Positions 1 to 11,000 of a stretch of 64,000 nucleotides of DNA are shown piece by piece. The stretch's first letter is position 1. Every line of letters begins with the position of its first letter. The stretch spans positions 256,001 to 320,000 of the forward strand of contig CAVPOM010000007.1 in assembly GCA_963707025.1 (NCBI GenBank), in the 5' to 3' direction. The translations under genes were made by a program, and so were the position numbers. The notes under the pieces are model-generated. The model saw only the letters and a program-made list of their open reading frames with translations. It made no database searches and was not told the DNA's origin. This stretch comes from an uncultured Verrucomicrobiae bacterium. Lineage in GTDB: Bacteria > Verrucomicrobiota > Verrucomicrobiia > Limisphaerales > Palsa-1400.

Positions 1-592
1 GCAGCCGCCGCACATAGACGTCCACGATATTGGTTCCCGGATCGAAATTATAATCCCAGACCTTCTCCAGAATGGTCATGCGCCCGCAAACCCGCCCAGC
101 CGAGCGCATCAGAAATTCCAGCAGCCGGTATTCGCGCGCCGCCAGGTCGAAGGTGGTGGGGCCGCGCCGGGCCTGGCGCGTGATGGTGTCCAGCGTCAGG
201 TCGGCCACGCGCAGGAGCTGGGGCTTGGGTTCGTTGCCGCGCCGGACCAGGGCGCGCAGCCGCGCCACCAATTCGGCCAGCACGAACGGCTTGGCCAGAT
301 AGTCATCGGCGCCGATGTTCAATCCTTCCACCCGGTCGTTGACATCGCCGCGCGCCGAGAGCAGCAAGACCGGCGTGCGGTTGCGGCGCTGGCGCAACTG
401 CCGCAGCACGCTCAACCCGTCCTGCCCCGGCAGCATGATGTCCAGGACGATGGCGTCGAAGGACACGGCCATCGCCTCCGCCAGGGCCGCCGGGCCGTTG
501 TGGCACACATCCACGGCGATATGTTCCGCTTCCAGGGCCGAGCGGATGAACGACGCCGTTTTCCTTTCGTCTTCCACCACCAATACGCGCAT
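1..592 (-). CDS. OmpR/CusR-family two-component response regulator (3' end runs off window)
   Basis: Manual translation from ATG at 592: MRVLVVEDERKTASFI...IVLDIMLPGQDG...GADDYLAKPF...EYRLLEFLMR...VWDYNFDPGTNIVDVYVRRL; receiver domain plus winged helix. Confidence 0.95.
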   Translation of the reverse strand, partial: MRVLVVEDERKTASFIRSALEAEHIAVDVCHNGPAALAEAMAVSFDAIVLDIMLPGQDGLSVLRQLRQRRNRTPVLLLSARGDVNDRVEGLNIGADDYLAKPFVLAELVARLRALVRRGNEPKPQLLRVADLTLDTITRQARRGPTTFDLAAREYRLLEFLMRSAGRVCGRMTILEKVWDYNFDPGTNIVDVYVRRL

Positions 593-638
593 GAGCGGAC
601 TCTAGCGCAATTCCCGCGGCCAATGAAGCTGATTTTCA

Positions 639-656
639 GATGACAAAACTGTCATC
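639..656. promoter_or_regulatory. CusR/CopR-box-like palindrome in the divergent promoter region
   Basis: GATGACA-aaac-TGTCATC perfect 7-bp inverted repeat resembling the ATGACA...TGTCAT box bound by CusR/CopR-type regulators; lies between the regulator and the efflux operon. Confidence 0.65.
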
Positions 657-741
657 AATCCCGCCTTGAAGGCCCGCCGTCACGCCTGCACTTTCCCACT
701 TGGACCAAAAGTCAAAAGGACCAAAATTCAAACTTACTTTT

Positions 742-1734
742 ATGAACAGAAATCAATGCTTCAGTCTGCTGGCCCTGGGTTTGGCGCTGACCACGCCCGC
801 GTCACTGCGCGCAGCGGAGGGGCCTTACCGTTTGTGGAAGGAGATACCGGTGGGCGGCCCCAGTTCCTGTGATTACATTTCCGTGGATGAGGCGGGCCGC
901 CGTCTTTACGCCAGTCACGGCACCGAAGTGGTGGTGATTGACCTTGACAGCGATACGGTGGTGGGGAAGATCCCCAACACCCCCCGCGTGCATGGCTTTG
1001 CCATCGCGCATGACCTGGGGCGGGGCGTCGCCAGCAACGGCGGCGAGAACAAGGCCAGTGTGGTGGATTTGAAGACGCTGGAAACGATCACCAAGCTGGA
1101 CACCGAAAGGAACCCCGACGGCATGCTCTACGAACCCAGCCAGCACGAGGTTTATTTGTTCAACGGGGGAAGCGCCTCGGCCAGCGTCATTAACGTGAAG
1201 GATGCCAAAGTCGTGGCCACCATCCCGCTGGGCGGCAAGCCGGAATTTGGCGCGGCCGATCCGGCGGCCGGGCGCGTTTATGACAACCTGGAAGACAAAA
1301 GCGCGGTGGTAGTGATTGACACCAAGACCCACGCCGTCGTGGCGACCTGGCCGATCGCCGGGGGCCAGGGGCCTTCCGGCATGGCCATTGACACCGCCCA
1401 CCACCGGCTCTTCATCGGCTGCGGCGAAAACAACGTGATGGCCATGATGGACAGTTCCAATGGCAAAGTCATCACCACCGTGCCCATCGGCGCCGGGGTG
1501 GATGCCACCGCCTTTGATCCGGCCACCCAACTGGCCTTTGCCTCCTGCGGCGACGCGGCCACCACCACCATCGCCCATGAGGATTCCCCGGACAAACTGA
1601 CCGTGGTGCAAACCCTCAAGACGGAGCGCGGGGCCAAAACCATGACGATTGACCCCAAGACGCACAGGATTTACCTCCCGGTGCGAGGCGGACCCAGTTT
1701 CAAAGTGCTGGTGTACGAGATGCAAAAGCCCTAA
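742..1734 (+). CDS. YncE/YVTN-family beta-propeller secreted protein
   Basis: Signal peptide, then repeated blades (VVVIDLDS, VVATIPLGGKPE, VITTVPIGAG); ATG at 742 preferred over TTG at 700. Confidence 0.85.
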   Translation: MNRNQCFSLLALGLALTTPASLRAAEGPYRLWKEIPVGGPSSCDYISVDEAGRRLYASHGTEVVVIDLDSDTVVGKIPNTPRVHGFAIAHDLGRGVASNGGENKASVVDLKTLETITKLDTERNPDGMLYEPSQHEVYLFNGGSASASVINVKDAKVVATIPLGGKPEFGAADPAAGRVYDNLEDKSAVVVIDTKTHAVVATWPIAGGQGPSGMAIDTAHHRLFIGCGENNVMAMMDSSNGKVITTVPIGAGVDATAFDPATQLAFASCGDAATTTIAHEDSPDKLTVVQTLKTERGAKTMTIDPKTHRIYLPVRGGPSFKVLVYEMQKP

Positions 1735-1743
1735 GCTGCCTAA

Positions 1744-3175
1744 TTGTTGACTTTGATACCCAGATTTTGCCTGGCTTTGCCCTTATGCGGACTGGCGGCC
1801 GGCTGCGCTCACTACGAGGCGCAGCCGCTTTCACCCGCCCGGACCGCCTCCGCCCTGGAAAGCCGCGCGCTGGACGATCCCGGCCTGAGAACTTTCCTGG
1901 AAAAGAATCTCCACCGCGATGCCGCCGCCGGCCCGCCGCGCGCCTGGGATTTTGAAATGCTCACGCTGGCGGCCTTCTATTATCATCCTGATTTGGAAGT
2001 TGCCCGCGCGCAGTGGAGTGTCGCGCAAGCCGCCATCCAAACCGCCGGCGGACGGCCCAATCCGGCGTTGACCGTCACCCCCGCGCTCAATTTCAGCCAC
2101 GTCAACGCCCAGTACCGGACTAAGCCCGTGGCTGCCGGCGGTGAATTTCGATGTGCCTGTGGAGACGGCCGGCAAGCGGGGCAAGCGCATCGCGCAGGCG
2201 CGGCAACTGTCCGAATCCGCGCGCCTCAACATCGCCGCCACGGCGTGGCAGGTGCGGGCCGGGGTGCGGACCAGCCTGCTGGAATTTTCCGCGGCGCGGC
2301 AGCGGGAGGCGCTTCTGCAAAACCAGATTTCCATCCAGCAGCGAATCATCTCGCTCCTGGACCAGCAAATCCAGGCCGGCGCGCTGGCCGCGCCGGAGGC
2401 GGTGGCCTTTCGCATCGCCCTGCAAAAAACCCAGCTTGACCTGGCCGACGCCCAGCGGGAGCGCGCCGAGTCCCGCGCGCACCTGGCGGAATCCATCGGC
2501 GTCCCGGTCCGCGCGCTGGATGCGGTGGAATTGCCGGCGCTGTTTCCAGACAGCGCGATGGCTGACAGCCTGACCTCCGCCGAAATCCGGCATGAGGCGC
2601 TGTTGGGCCGCTGCGACGTTCTTGGGGCGCTGGCCGATTACGCGGCGGCCGAGTCGGCCTTGCGACTGGAAATCGCGCGGCAATATCCCGACGTTCATTT
2701 CGGCCCGGGCTATCAGTTTGACCAGGGAGATAATATATGGAGCCTCGGGATCACCTTCGACCTGCCGGTGCTCAACCAGAACCAAGGCCCGATTGCCGAA
2801 GCCGCCGCGCGCCGCACGGAAGCCGCCGCCCGCTTCAACGCGCTTCAGGCCAAAGTGCTGGCGGACATTGACACGGCGGTGGAAAGTTTTCGCGCCACGG
2901 AAAAGAGCCTGGCCCTGCTCCAGGATCTGGCCGCCACCCAGGCCAAGTCCCGCGACGCCGTCGCCGCGCAGGTCAACGCCGGCGCCGCCGCCCCGCTCGA
3001 TTTGTTAAACGCCCAACTGGAATATGCCGTGGCCGAAGAGGGGCAGTTGGAGGCGCGGGTGAAAAGGCAACAGTCCCTGGCGGCCCTGGAAGATGCCGTG
3101 CAACGTCCCATTGAAATGATAACGCCGGGCGTGATCGAGCGGAATCCGGCGGCGACAAAGGAGAAGAAACCGTGA
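1744..3175 (+). CDS. TolC-family outer membrane efflux lipoprotein (frameshift near 2110)
   Basis: Lipobox LAAGC; ORF 1744 (LAAFYYHPDLEVARAQW) continues in the frame of ORF 2141-3175 (FDVPVETAGKRGKR...LPVLNQNQGPIAEA). Confidence 0.85.
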
Positions 3176-4608
3176 AGCGATCCCTTGTTTTCATCATCGT
3201 AATTGCCGCGGCCATCGGCGGCGGATTCTGGTGGTACAAGCACCATAACGCCGCCGTTGAGCCGCCGGCTGCCGCGGACCAAAGCCCCCAAGTCACCCAC
3301 GACGCCCAGGGCAACACCGTGGTCAGCATGAGTGACGACGAGCAGGGGGACTTGGGGATCGTCTTTGGCAACCCGGCGGCCGGGCAGTGGAGGCAGGAAG
3401 GCAAAGGCTCCGCCCCGGCGCTCCACCCGCCTGCGCTGGAGGGCGTCCTCATCCCGCGCGACGCCGTGGTGCTGGTGGAAGGCGCGAGCTGGGTTTATTT
3501 GATGAACAAAGACAAGGGCGGAGAAGCCTTCACCCGCATAAAAGCCCCGTTGGACCGGCTGACCGACGCCGGATGGTTTGTGACGGGAACCATCAAGACC
3601 AACGATTACATCGTTGTCACAGGCGCGCAGAAGCTCCTTGCAACAGAACTCAAACCGGCGGGCGCCGAGGAGAGCACACCCACGGTCGTCAGTGTCCAGA
3701 CCAACGCGCTCCAGCAGGCCGCACTGCATCGTTACGTGCAAGGTTACGGCACGGTGGAACCCGCGCCCGCCACGACCAACGCTTCGGCCGCGAGCGTGTC
3801 GCTGGCTGCGCCGGTGCCGGGCGTCATCACCAAGGTCGCCGTGGTGGAAGGCCAGCACGTCGAAAAGGGCGATTTGGTGGCGGAATTGAATTCAGGCACC
3901 TTGACACTGGAGAACGCGGCACAGGAAGTGGCGCGGCAAAGGCAATTATACGCGCAAACCAACACCTCGCTAAGAAACTTGCAGAGCGCCGAAGCCCAAG
4001 TGGCCTTGTTGCGCGTCCTCGCGCCCATGTCCGGCACGGTTGTGCATGTCAATGTCAAACCCGGTCAGTCAGTGGATTTGCCGACGGTCGTGGCGGAAGT
4101 GATGGATTTGAACCGGCTGGTGGTGACCGCGGCAATTCCGGCGGCGCAAGCCGGCGAATTAAGAACCGGGAATCCGGTCGAAGTGTTGACCGGGCCTCCG
4201 GTGACGGCGGACCTTGCCTACATCAGCCCGACGGTGGACACGAACAGCGACACGGTGCTGGTGCGAGCGTCGTTGCCGGTGGGCGGCGGTTTGCGGCCTG
4301 GACAATTCGTTCCTTTACGCATCGTGACGGCGGTTCACACGAACTGTCTGGCAGCGCCGGCCGAAGGGGTGGTGATGGATGGGACCGGCCAAAGCGTCAT
4401 CGCGCTGGTCAAGGGCAACGAGGCAACGCAAACGGCGGTGCAGACCGGTTTGCGGGAGAACGGCTGGATTGAAGTCGCCGCCCCGGGACTGAGAGCGGGC
4501 GATGCGTTGGTGACGGTCGGCGCCTACGGCCTGCCGGCGACCACGAAAATCCGCGTTCAGAATGCCGCGGGCGGCGAAACGTCCACCAATTCGTCCAGCG
4601 CCAAATGA
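3172..4608 (+). CDS. RND efflux periplasmic adaptor (MFP) with an extra N-terminal partial MFP module
   Basis: N-terminal TM helix; APVPGVITKVAVVEGQHVEKGD and APMSGTV lipoyl halves; LRPGQFV; VQTGLRENGWIEV. Confidence 0.9.
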   Translation: MKRSLVFIIVIAAAIGGGFWWYKHHNAAVEPPAAADQSPQVTHDAQGNTVVSMSDDEQGDLGIVFGNPAAGQWRQEGKGSAPALHPPALEGVLIPRDAVVLVEGASWVYLMNKDKGGEAFTRIKAPLDRLTDAGWFVTGTIKTNDYIVVTGAQKLLATELKPAGAEESTPTVVSVQTNALQQAALHRYVQGYGTVEPAPATTNASAASVSLAAPVPGVITKVAVVEGQHVEKGDLVAELNSGTLTLENAAQEVARQRQLYAQTNTSLRNLQSAEAQVALLRVLAPMSGTVVHVNVKPGQSVDLPTVVAEVMDLNRLVVTAAIPAAQAGELRTGNPVEVLTGPPVTADLAYISPTVDTNSDTVLVRASLPVGGGLRPGQFVPLRIVTAVHTNCLAAPAEGVVMDGTGQSVIALVKGNEATQTAVQTGLRENGWIEVAAPGLRAGDALVTVGAYGLPATTKIRVQNAAGGETSTNSSSAK

Positions 4609-7600
4609 AGCCCGATGTCATTTCGCCTTTGGGCCGGTTCGCCACAAAGCACGCGCTGTCCATCACGTTCGTCGCGGCGGCCTTGTGTCTGGCGGGAATT
4701 TTCTCCGCGCTGCGCATGCCGTCGTCGGTTTTTCCGCAGACCAATTTTCCGCGCGTCGTCATTCTCGTGAACAACGGCATCATGCCCGCCGACGAAATGA
4801 TGGCGACGGTAACGCGGCCCATCGAAGAGGCGATGAAAGACATTCCGGGCGCGCTCACCGTGCGTTCGGCCACCAAGCGCGGTTCGGCCCAGATCAATGT
4901 CTTCTTCAACTGGCATGTGGACATGTCGCAGTCCGAGCTGTATGTGCTGGGGCGGCTCTCGCAAATCCGCAGTGATCTGCCGGCGACCGCCGACACGGAA
5001 ATTGAGCGCGTGACGTTCTCGGCCTTTCCCATCATTGGCATCAGCCTCACCAGTTCCAGCCGCGACATCATGTCGCTTTGGGAGACGGCGAATTATGAGT
5101 TGAAGCCGCGTTTTCTCCAAATTCCCGGCGTGGCCCGCGTGGAAATCCTGGGCGGCCGGGAGCCGGAATTTCATGTGGTGGTTGACCCGCTGAAATTGCA
5201 GGCCGCCGGCCTCTGCTTGGCAGGACGTGTGCGACGCGCTAACGAAGAACAACCTCATCGCGCCGGCCGGCATGATGGAGGAAAATTACCATCTTTACCT
5301 GACGACGGTGGACGGGCGCGTGCATTCGGTGGCGGCCATGGAGGATTTGGTGATCGCGGTCCGCGGCGGCCACCCCGTGCAAGTCAAGGATGTGGCGCGT
5401 GTCGAACGCGGGCCAAAGCCGGTCTTCCAATCCATCACCGCTCAAGGCCGCGAGTCGGTGCTGTTGAACATCCTGAGCCAGGCCGACGGCAGCACGCTCG
5501 ACATTGCCACCGCGTTGAAAGCAAAACTTGAGCAACTCCGGCAGGAATTGCCGCCGGATATGCGTCTGGCGTTCTATTACGACCAATCGCTCTTCGTGCG
5601 CGATTCGGTGGGGAGCGTTTGGGACGCGATTATTTTCGGGCTGATTCTGTCGGTGCTGATTCTTTATTTCTTCCTGAAGAATTGGGGCAGCGTGTGGACC
5701 GCCATCGTCACCATTCCGATTACGGTGCTGATCACGCTGGTCGCCATGAAACTGGCCAATATGAGCTTCAACATGATGACGCTGGGCGGCATCGCGGCCT
5801 CCATCGGGCTGGTGATTGACAACGCCATCGTCGTGGTCGAGGCGATGTGCGTGAAGATCGCGGCGGGGCGGCCGCGGCTGGAGGGAATTCAGGAAGCCAT
5901 CCACGAGATACTTTATCCGCTGGTCGGCTCGACGCTGACACCGGTGGTGGTATTCCTGCCGCTGGCGTTTTTGTCGGGCATTACGGGCGTGTTTTTCCGG
6001 GCGCTGGCGCTGACCATGGTGGTCTCGCTGCTCACCTCGCTGGTTCTGGCCCTCACCCTGACGCCGTCGCTGGCCGCCTGGTTCATCCGCGAGCGCGACC
6101 AACCGGAGCCCGGCCGCGCGCCCGGCGGTCTGGAGGGCGGCTTTTTGCTCCGGCGCGTCATCCGCGTTTACGAATGGGCGCTGCGCTGGGCGCTGGCGCA
6201 TCGCTGGCTCAGCTTGCTGGCCTGCGGCGTGGTGCTGGTCGCTTCCTTTTTCATTTACCAGCAGTTGCAGTCGGATTTTCTGCCCGATTTTGACGAAGGC
6301 GGTTTTGTCATTGATTTCTGGGCGCCCCCGGGCACGAGTCTGACCGAAACATCGCGCCAGCTTGCGGCGGCGGAGCAAATGTTGTCGGCCAACCCGGACG
6401 TGGAGAGTTATTCGCGCCGGCTCGGCGCGGAAATGGGCATGTTCATCACCGAACCGTATCGGGGCGACTTTGCGATCAAGCTCAAACGCGAGCGCGAGCA
6501 TTCGACCGATGAGGTTATCGCCGCCTTGCGCCACACCTTCAACGAGCAATTCCCCGCCTTCCGCTGGGAGTTTCCCGGCATCCTGACCGATGTCATCGGC
6601 GATTTGCAGTTGACGCCCGATCCGGTGGAAATCAAATTGTTCTCCACCGATTTGAAATGGCTGCGGCAGGTCGCGCCGCGTGTGGAAGAACAAATAAAAG
6701 CGATGCCGGGCGTGGTGGACACATTCGACGGCCTGACGGAAACCGGCCCCTCCATCAATTTCCGGGTGCGCCCCGCCGACGCCGCGCGGTTTGGCTTGAG
6801 CATCCAGGACATCGCCGCCGCCGTGAACACCGCGATGCTGGGCCAGGCGGTGTCGTCCGTGTTGGAAGGCGACCGGGTGGTCAGCATCCGCGTGCTGGCC
6901 AATCCGGCGAGCATCAACCACCTGGCCGGTTTGAGCGAACTGCCATTGCGGGCGGCCAACGGCACGGTGGTGCGGCTGGCGCAAGTCGCGGACGTGGCCC
7001 AGGAGCCGAGCGAAGTGGAACTGGTCCGCGACGATTTGCGCCAGGACATCATCGTCTCCGCCCGGCTCGAAGGCCGCGATTTGGGCAGCGCGATGACAGA
7101 AATCCAGGACAAGTTGAGCCAGGACCAATGGCTGCCGGCGGGCACGGTGGAATACGGCGGCCTTTACCAGCAGCAGCAGGAATCTTTCCGTAATCTCATC
7201 ATGGTCCTGCTGGCCGCCATCCTCCTCGTGTTCACCGTGCTGCTGATCGAATTCCGCTCCTTCTACGAGCCGGTCGCCATTGTGTTTGGCGCGGTGCTGG
7301 CGCTGTTTGGAACAGTGGCGGCGCTCTGGATCACGGGCACCTCGTTGAACATCGTCTCCTTCCTGGGCGCGATCATTGGGGTCGGCATTGTGGCCAAGAA
7401 CGGCATCCTCATGCTCGACTTTGTGGATCATCTCCGCACGCAAGGCGTGCCGCTGGAAGAAGCCCTCGTGCGCTCCGGCCATCGGCGGCTGCGCCCGGTG
7501 TTGATGACCTCGCTGGCGGCGGCCCTGGGGATGCTGCCCTTGGCCTGGGGCATCGGCAGCGGCGCCGAGATGCTGCGCCCGCTGGCCATCGCGGTGATTG

Positions 7601-7713
7601 GCGCCCTGTGCATTTCCGTGCTGCTCTCCCTCGTCGCCACACCGGCGGCGTATTACGTCCTGTTGCGCCTGCGCGAAAAAAAGGCCTTTCAACCAGTGGC
7701 GCCGCAGGGGTAA
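4605..7713 (+). CDS. CusA/CzcA/AcrB-family RND efflux permease (frameshift near 5215)
   Basis: ORF 4605 (FPQTNFPRV, VTRPIEEA) joins ORF 5227-7713 (GLVIDNAIVVVE, RRLRPVLMTSLAAALGMLPLA). Confidence 0.92.
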
Positions 7714-7739
7714 GGCGGCGAACGCCGTTCAGGAACGGC

Positions 7740-7901
7740 TCAAGGTTTGCGGAGGCGAACGCGCCCGGCGCGAATATCCTGCTCGCCGCGCTCAATCTTG
7801 GCCTTGAACTCGTCGGTGAATTCCAGATTGTCCTCCAGCATGTTTTCCAGCCAGTCAATTAAGGGTAAGCCTATACGAATCCTGACTTCGCGTCCCTTCA
7901 T
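7740..7901 (-). CDS. Small hypothetical protein, antitoxin-like C-terminus
   Basis: [57 protein letters not shown] overlap with the stop of the upstream dehydrogenase. Confidence 0.35.
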   Translation of the reverse strand: MKGREVRIRIGLPLIDWLENMLEDNLEFTDEFKAKIERGEQDIRAGRVRLRKP

Positions 7902-9437
7902 CCGCCGAAGCGGATGCCCTGGGCCAGGGGGAGTTCGGAGGAATAGTTGATGGTGACGGTTTGGCGGCGCATGTAGTTTTTCCAGGCGTCGCTGCCGCTT
8001 TCCCGGCCGCCCCCGGTTTCCTTTTCCCCGCCAAAGGCGCCGCCGATTTCCGCGCCGCTGGTGCCGATGTTGACGTTGGCAATGCCGCAGTCGCTCCCGC
8101 GCTGGGAGAGGAATAATTCGGCCTCGCGCAGGTCGTTGGTGAAGATCGCCGAACTCAACCCTTGCGGCACGGCGTTGTGCCAGGCGATGGCTTCCTCCAG
8201 TTTCGCGTAGGGTATCACATATAAAATTGGCGCGAAGGTTTCCTCCCGCACGATGCCTGGCGTCGGGGCCGATCCGGACCAGGCACGGGCTGACGTACCG
8301 GCCGCCGGGATAGTTGCGTCCGCGCAACGGTTCGCCGCCGTACAGAATTTTGCCGCCCTCGCGCCGCGCGCGCCGCAAGGCCCGCCTGCATATCTTCCAC
8401 CGCCGCCAGATTGATCAGCGGGCCTATGCAGCGTGCCCGCTTCGAGGGGATTGCCCACGGGGGTCTGGCGGTAGGCGCGCAGCAGGCGCCCGGTCAACTC
8501 GTGTTCAATGGATTCGGTGGACGAACAGGCGCCGGGTGCTGGTGCAACGCTGGCCGGCCGTGCCGACGGCGCCGAACAAAATGGCGCGCGCCGCCAGTTC
8601 CAAATTGGCCGAGGGCGCGACGATGATGGCGTTGTTGCCGCCCAATTCGAGCAGGACCCGGCCCAGGCGGCGCTGCACCTGTTCGGCCACGTGCGCGGCC
8701 CATTTTGGTGGAGCCGGTGGCGGAGACGCAGGGGAAGGCGCGGGTCGCTGCGCCATTTGCTCGCCGACCGTCGCGCCGTCGCCGATGACCAGGCTGAAAA
8801 TGGCCGGGTCCACCTGGTTGGCGCGGCAGACGCGTTCGGCAATTTTGATGGTGGCAATGGCGCAGAGCGGGGTTTGGCTGGAGGGTTTCCAGAAGGTGGC
8901 GTCGCCGCAGACGGCGGCCAGGGCGCTGTTCCAGGCCCAGACGGCCACGGGGAAATTGAAGGCGGTGACGATCCCGACAATGCCCAGCGGATGCCATTGC
9001 TCGAGCATGCGGTGCCCGGCCGCTCCGAGGCGATGGTCAGCCCGTAAAGCTGCCGGGAGAGGCCCGATGGCAAAATCGCAGATATCAATCATCTCCTGCA
9101 CTTCGCCTTCGCCTTCCGCCAGGATCTTTCCGGTTTCCAGGGTGACCAGCCGACCCAAGGTCGGCCTTGGCGGCGCGCAGGGCGTTGCCGAACTGGCGGA
9201 CCATTTCGCCGCGTTTGGGCGCGGGCATGTTTTGCCAGGCGGCGAAGGCCGGCCTGGCGCGCGCGGCGGCGCTGTTCGTAATCGGCCCCGCGTGGCCGTG
9301 CGGACGCTGGCCAGCGTTTTGCCGTCAATGGGCGAGATGCTTTTCAGGAGCGGCCCGCCGCCCATCCATTCCCCGCAGAAAACGCCGGGGTTGGCCGGTT
9401 GCAGGCCGAGTTTGTCAAATAGAATATTTGGCTTCAT
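7898..9437 (-). CDS. pcd: ALDH7-family aldehyde dehydrogenase (piperideine-6-carboxylate/aminoadipate-semialdehyde dehydrogenase), multiple frameshifts
   Basis: Pieces in several frames: [93 protein letters not shown]. Confidence 0.88.
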
Positions 9438-9482
9438 GTCAATGCAATTTCGCAAAGTCCCTTCCAAAAAATCCGGCATTTT

Positions 9483-10882
9483 CTAGCACAGTCCCCGGCA
9501 GGCCCGGTCCAGGAGTGGCAGCGCCTCGGCGATCACCTCGTCTTTCACATCCAGCACGGGACGCAGACGGATGGAGCGTTCGCCGCAGCGCAGGACGAGC
9601 AGGCCCGACTCGTAGGCGCCGTTCCACAGTTGCGTCGCGCAACTGGCGGTTGGGCAGATCGAACGCCAGCAGCAGGCCGCGTCCGCGCACGGCGGTGAGG
9701 GCGGGATGTTTTTGGGCGAGCTGGCGCAATTCGGCCAGGAGGATGCGCCCCGGCGCGGCGGGCGTTGGCCACCAGTTTTTCCTCTTCAATGATGCGCAGG
9801 AAATGGGTCGAGCGGACATAATCGCAAAAATTGCCGCCCCAGGTGGAACTGATGCGGCTGGGCAGGCGGAAGACAGTTCTCCTTGCACTTCGTCCAGGCG
9901 CGGCCCGGCCATGACGCCGCAGACCTGCGCTTTCTTGCCAAAGACCAAGCAGGTCGGGCAGCACGCCAAAATGCTGGCAGCACCAGTTCGGCCGGTCACG
10001 CCCATGCCGCATTGGACTTCGTCAAAGATGAGCAGCAGATCGTTCTCATCGCACAAGCGGCGGAGCGTTTGCAGCAATTCGCCGCGGAAATGGTTGTCCC
10101 CGCCTTCGCCCTGGATCGGTTCGATGATGATGGCGGCGAGGTCCGCCCCCCGTTGGGCGAGAAGGTCGCGGATTTGTTCCTCGGCCTGCTTTTCCTTTTG
10201 CCGGACGTTTGCCAGGCGCTCCTCTTCCGGCAGGGAAAAGTCAAGGAACGGGTTGCTCACGCGCGGCCAGGGGAACTTGGCGAACAGATCGATCTTGCGC
10301 GGGTCGGTGTTGGTCAGGCTCATGGTGTAGCCGCTGCGGCCGTGGAAGGCCCGGTCGAAATGCAGGATCTCCGTGCCCGCGTTCGCCCCGTCCGGCCGCC
10401 AGGTTCTGCCGCACTTTCCAGTCCATCGCGGCCTTGAGCGCGTTCTCCACGGCCAGCGCGCCGCCCTCGATGAAAAAATAGCGCTCCAGCGGCGGCAGCC
10501 CCATCACCCGCGCGAAGGTCTGGACGAAGGTGGCATAGGCCGTCGAATAAACATCCGCGTTGGCCACTTTGACCTTCGCCGCCGCCAGCAGGTCCGCCTC
10601 CACTTCCGGCCGGTTGAACTAGGGATGATTGAAGCCGATGGGCAGGGAGGCGTAGAAGGCGTAGAAGTCCAGGTAGCTGCGTCCGGTGGCGGCATCCACC
10701 AGGCGCGAGCCGCGGCTTTTCTCCAGGTCAATCACCAGCTTGAATCCGTCTGTCAAGATATGTTTTTCCAGCTCGGCGATGACCTGGCCGGGGGCCACCT
10801 CCGCCTCCCCGGCCGGGGCCGGCCGGGCCGGGGCGGATTTTGCCCCTGGGGGCCGCCGCCGCGGTGGTGCTTTCAGTTTCAT
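9483..10882 (-). CDS. lat: L-lysine 6-transaminase (class III aminotransferase), frameshifts plus one in-frame TAG
   Basis: HILTDGFKLVIDLEKSRGS, YLDFYAFYASLPIGFNHP, FFIEGGALAVENALKAAMDWK, IIEPIQGEGGDNHF, LLIFDEVQCG, FGKKAQVCG, RISSTWGGN. Confidence 0.88.
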
Positions 10883-11000
10883 AATGGAAAATTAGAAGCC
10901 TGCCAAAGGTTGTTCAAGGACAATAGGCCCGGCCTGGGCCGGCCGCGCCAGGCCACGCGCCCAACCGTGCTCCGCCTTTTCCCCGGGGGTGAAAACCGCA

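Noticed and set aside
5239..7692. Long antisense ORFs (e.g. 5239-7692, 16965-18761, 21982-23760, 28919-31093)
   Set aside because: Shadow frames of real high-GC genes on the opposite strand, with no recognisable motifs.
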